This document shows positions 47,393 through 49,844 of a stretch of DNA of 49,844 bases, in pieces. A program made the translations under genes and the position numbers. Numbering within the stretch: the first letter of the stretch is position 1; every line of letters starts with the position of its first letter. A model generated the notes under the pieces. That model saw nothing but the letters and a program-made list of their open reading frames with translations, had not been told where the DNA came from and searched no databases. The stretch covers positions 1 through 49,844 of the forward strand of contig JYFJ02002847.1 of NCBI GenBank assembly GCA_000934665.2. Reading direction: 5' to 3'. This stretch comes from Catajapyx aquilonaris (lineage: Eukaryota).

Positions 47393-49844
47393 TTAATAAC
47401 ACAAATATAACCCTTCCTATCAATTCAAGTTAACAGCGAACAGCCGAGCGTAGCTCTAGCCACCGTAGCAGCCACAATCAGGCGTACATTACCGGGCAAA
47501 ATAGCATATCATAAGTGTAAACAACGGCTTTGGCGTTACCTGGCAACTGGGCGTGTTCGGACATCGGCATATGGAGAGTGCTTTGCTAAGCGTTCTTTCT
47601 ATTGTTGCCACTGTTTACAGGTAGCGCATGATGCTGGGCGACCTAGCGACGGCTCTGCATGCTTACTAATGATTGGCATCGGAATAAGCGGGCTGAGGGG
47701 ATATTATTTTGAGAAGGCTCTTTGTTATTATCACACTATCATCACTTCCCACGATGGTGCCCATGGTGGAGTTACAGAATGGCCGGAAAGATGAGAGGGA
47801 TGTTCTAGTAGTTGGTTGCTATGTCTGGTGATTACTATGGTTTATACCTATGGTTATACTACGGTACTATGTTGATGTCATAGTTGATGTTGATCGTGAG
47901 TGGGAAATAAAGCTATTCTCAACACGTTCTGAGAGTTAGACCTGAATCTCACAAGATGAAGAAATCCAACATTTCAGACTCTGACAGTAATTCAGAACGA
48001 GAATGTGTTCCTTACCCAACCCACCCTCTTTCACACCCTCTCACCCACCCACTACTCCCCTTTCACCCGTTACACTGGACTTGAGTGGGAGTGTATGACA
48101 TTCAATGTGGACCTTATATTAAATTGGCAGACAAGAGCATACCGGAGTCCTTCCCGATCATTCAGTAACTCCGCGCGATTTCTGTACATTGGTCACTGGT
48201 CAGATCTACTTGGAATGGAACGAGCTCACACATAAAAGAATATTGTATTTCGCACCTTTTAAAGGTTTTCTTCTTGGGCCGCATAAGCTTCAGGTATTAT
48301 TTTTCTAGTGTTTATGAATATAAATTATAAGGAATAATTTTTATCACATGAGGAAAACCCAATTGAGGGCCAATGAGGAATCAGCACTTTTTCCAAGACC
48401 CCACTGCAACTCCGTTTTTTTCTTTTCTTCATATACTGTATGTTTCCCCGTCAGACCCCCGTGACCTTATAGCGCGTCATATCAGTAGTTAGGTTGGGTG
48501 CCGCTTCGCTTTAGTTTCGGCGCTTGGCCCGTTCCTTTAGTTACTTTAAGTCACAGTCGGCACCATGAGATGTAGATTTCGAACGAATAAATACATATGA
48601 AAAATATGAGGCACGGTGTGCACGATCAGAGGTTATCGTAACAATGCACTACGCTGCCAGAAAAATATATACCGGTACAGTGTATTGTTGTTTTATTCAC
48701 ATGTGTCAATAGTGGTGAATAGATGTCTACGTCCTGTTTCTGTCTCTCTGGCTGGTAGTAGGTGGCGAATCGTTGGTATCTGAGAGTAGACGTTCTCATA
48801 CCTTCTATACAGGTGTAAAATTGGTGCATCTTATATCACCGTGCTTGTGATAGTAAGAAGTTTGTGCATTTGTGTTTGTTGCTGTACTTCCGGTTGTGTA
48901 AATTATTACAAAGACAAAAGCCTTCGTAATAATTTACACAGTGCAAAATTTACACTCGCCTTAATGACATATCACATTACAACATCATACCTGCCAGAGC
49001 ACCAAAATACGTACACTGTTTACAGTGTAGTTACAAACATGTTGTTGCTATACTGCATTAGAAAATCACTTATTTAGTCAAATCATGTACAATATACAAT
49101 GTCAGTTTCGAGTGTCAGCGCGTTGATTTGACACCTGTGGGCTCGCAAAATTTGTTCACGCAGATTCATATTTGGAATTCGCTATACATGGCTAATGCTT
49201 GAGGGTACTCATGGACTGTGTGTGGGCTGACAGTCCCATCAGAGATAACAATATGACCCCACTGACATCACCGCCTACGACGTGCAACTTGAGTTGCACA
49301 TGTACACATCTCCCGACTGAACGTATTAATATTCGAAGCGTAGCAGTCGCATCCTACTTGGATTTATTTAATAATAAATAATATAATTTTTGTACTTTAT
49401 CGCCAGTTCCGGGCATTGCCTTTCGATTTACAGCCCCATTTGTAGCGTAGTGTTCGGAAATTATATGCAGTCAAAGACGCTTCTTGCCAATTACGTTTGC
49501 AAATATGCACGAAGAAACTCGCCGCCCATGCAATCGTCGTCGATTCTTGTTGCGTCCAGTCACCTTTAGTATGATGGCATCTATATAGTCACTTCATCAG
49601 TGTCCCTTTCATCTCTTTCAGACTGATTTCCGGCTCTTAACAGACCATATACCATGCAGCCACTGTTGCCATAGAAGCGGCGGGCGTGTGCGTTACACTT
49701 GGTTCTTTTCGTCTATTATTAAAGTTTTTTATGCAAACTGTCGCTTTCAGGTTGTGCATGTGGGTAATAAAAGTACGGTACCTCTAAACAGAGGGGTACC
49801 TAGGTTACCTGGCGCCCTTGGCAAGAAGCTCTACCGGCGCCCCC

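Larger units (their letters stand above)
46255..48576 (-). mobile_element. Non-autonomous Helitron family, copy H3 (probable intact 5' end, 3' hairpin absent)
   Basis: Minus strand begins a|TCTACATCTCATGGTGCC. Homology to H2 stops at ...ctccagttacga just before the H2 hairpin. About 47488-48170 is replaced by unrelated sequence. Confidence 0.78.

Noticed and set aside
47555..47951. Solo LTR call (TGTT...AACA)
   Set aside because: No target-site duplication for any tested boundary; kept only as part of the H3 replacement finding.
1..49844. tRNA, rRNA or snRNA genes
   Set aside because: No cloverleaf with A/B boxes or rRNA/snRNA signature recognised by eye; tRNAscan-SE or Infernal would be needed to exclude them formally.

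Overview
AT-rich eukaryotic (most likely insect) genomic DNA with one small assembly gap (10935-10938). The only well-supported gene is on the minus strand: eight phase-compatible GT-AG exons (27405 down to 4090; 1074 nt, about 358 codons) encode the MAM1-LDLa-MAM2 ectodomain of an anaplastic lymphoma kinase (Alk)-type receptor. I found no 5' exon in the 22 kb upstream and no glycine-rich, transmembrane or kinase exon in the 4 kb downstream. The introns are packed with non-autonomous transposons: Tc1/mariner, hAT, piggyBac and Sola1-like MITEs, DINE-1/HINE-like Helentron derivatives, three copies of a Helitron family carrying nested insertions, two copies of a structured (AACC)n-tailed SINE-like element, a piggyBac transposase relic, minisatellites and spacerless palindromes. 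Most ORFs in the supplied track are spurious. The best leads, none proven: a divergent post-MAM2 exon plus a stop-containing candidate exon (possible secreted Alk ectodomain), a possible RNA-virus insertion ending in a CATG(A)7 gene-end signal, a candidate recursive splice site, a Helitron terminator-bypass event, and a minisatellite derived from a transposon end. Family assignments come from recalled sequences and terminal signatures, not from database searches. I see no prokaryotic system or CRISPR array.
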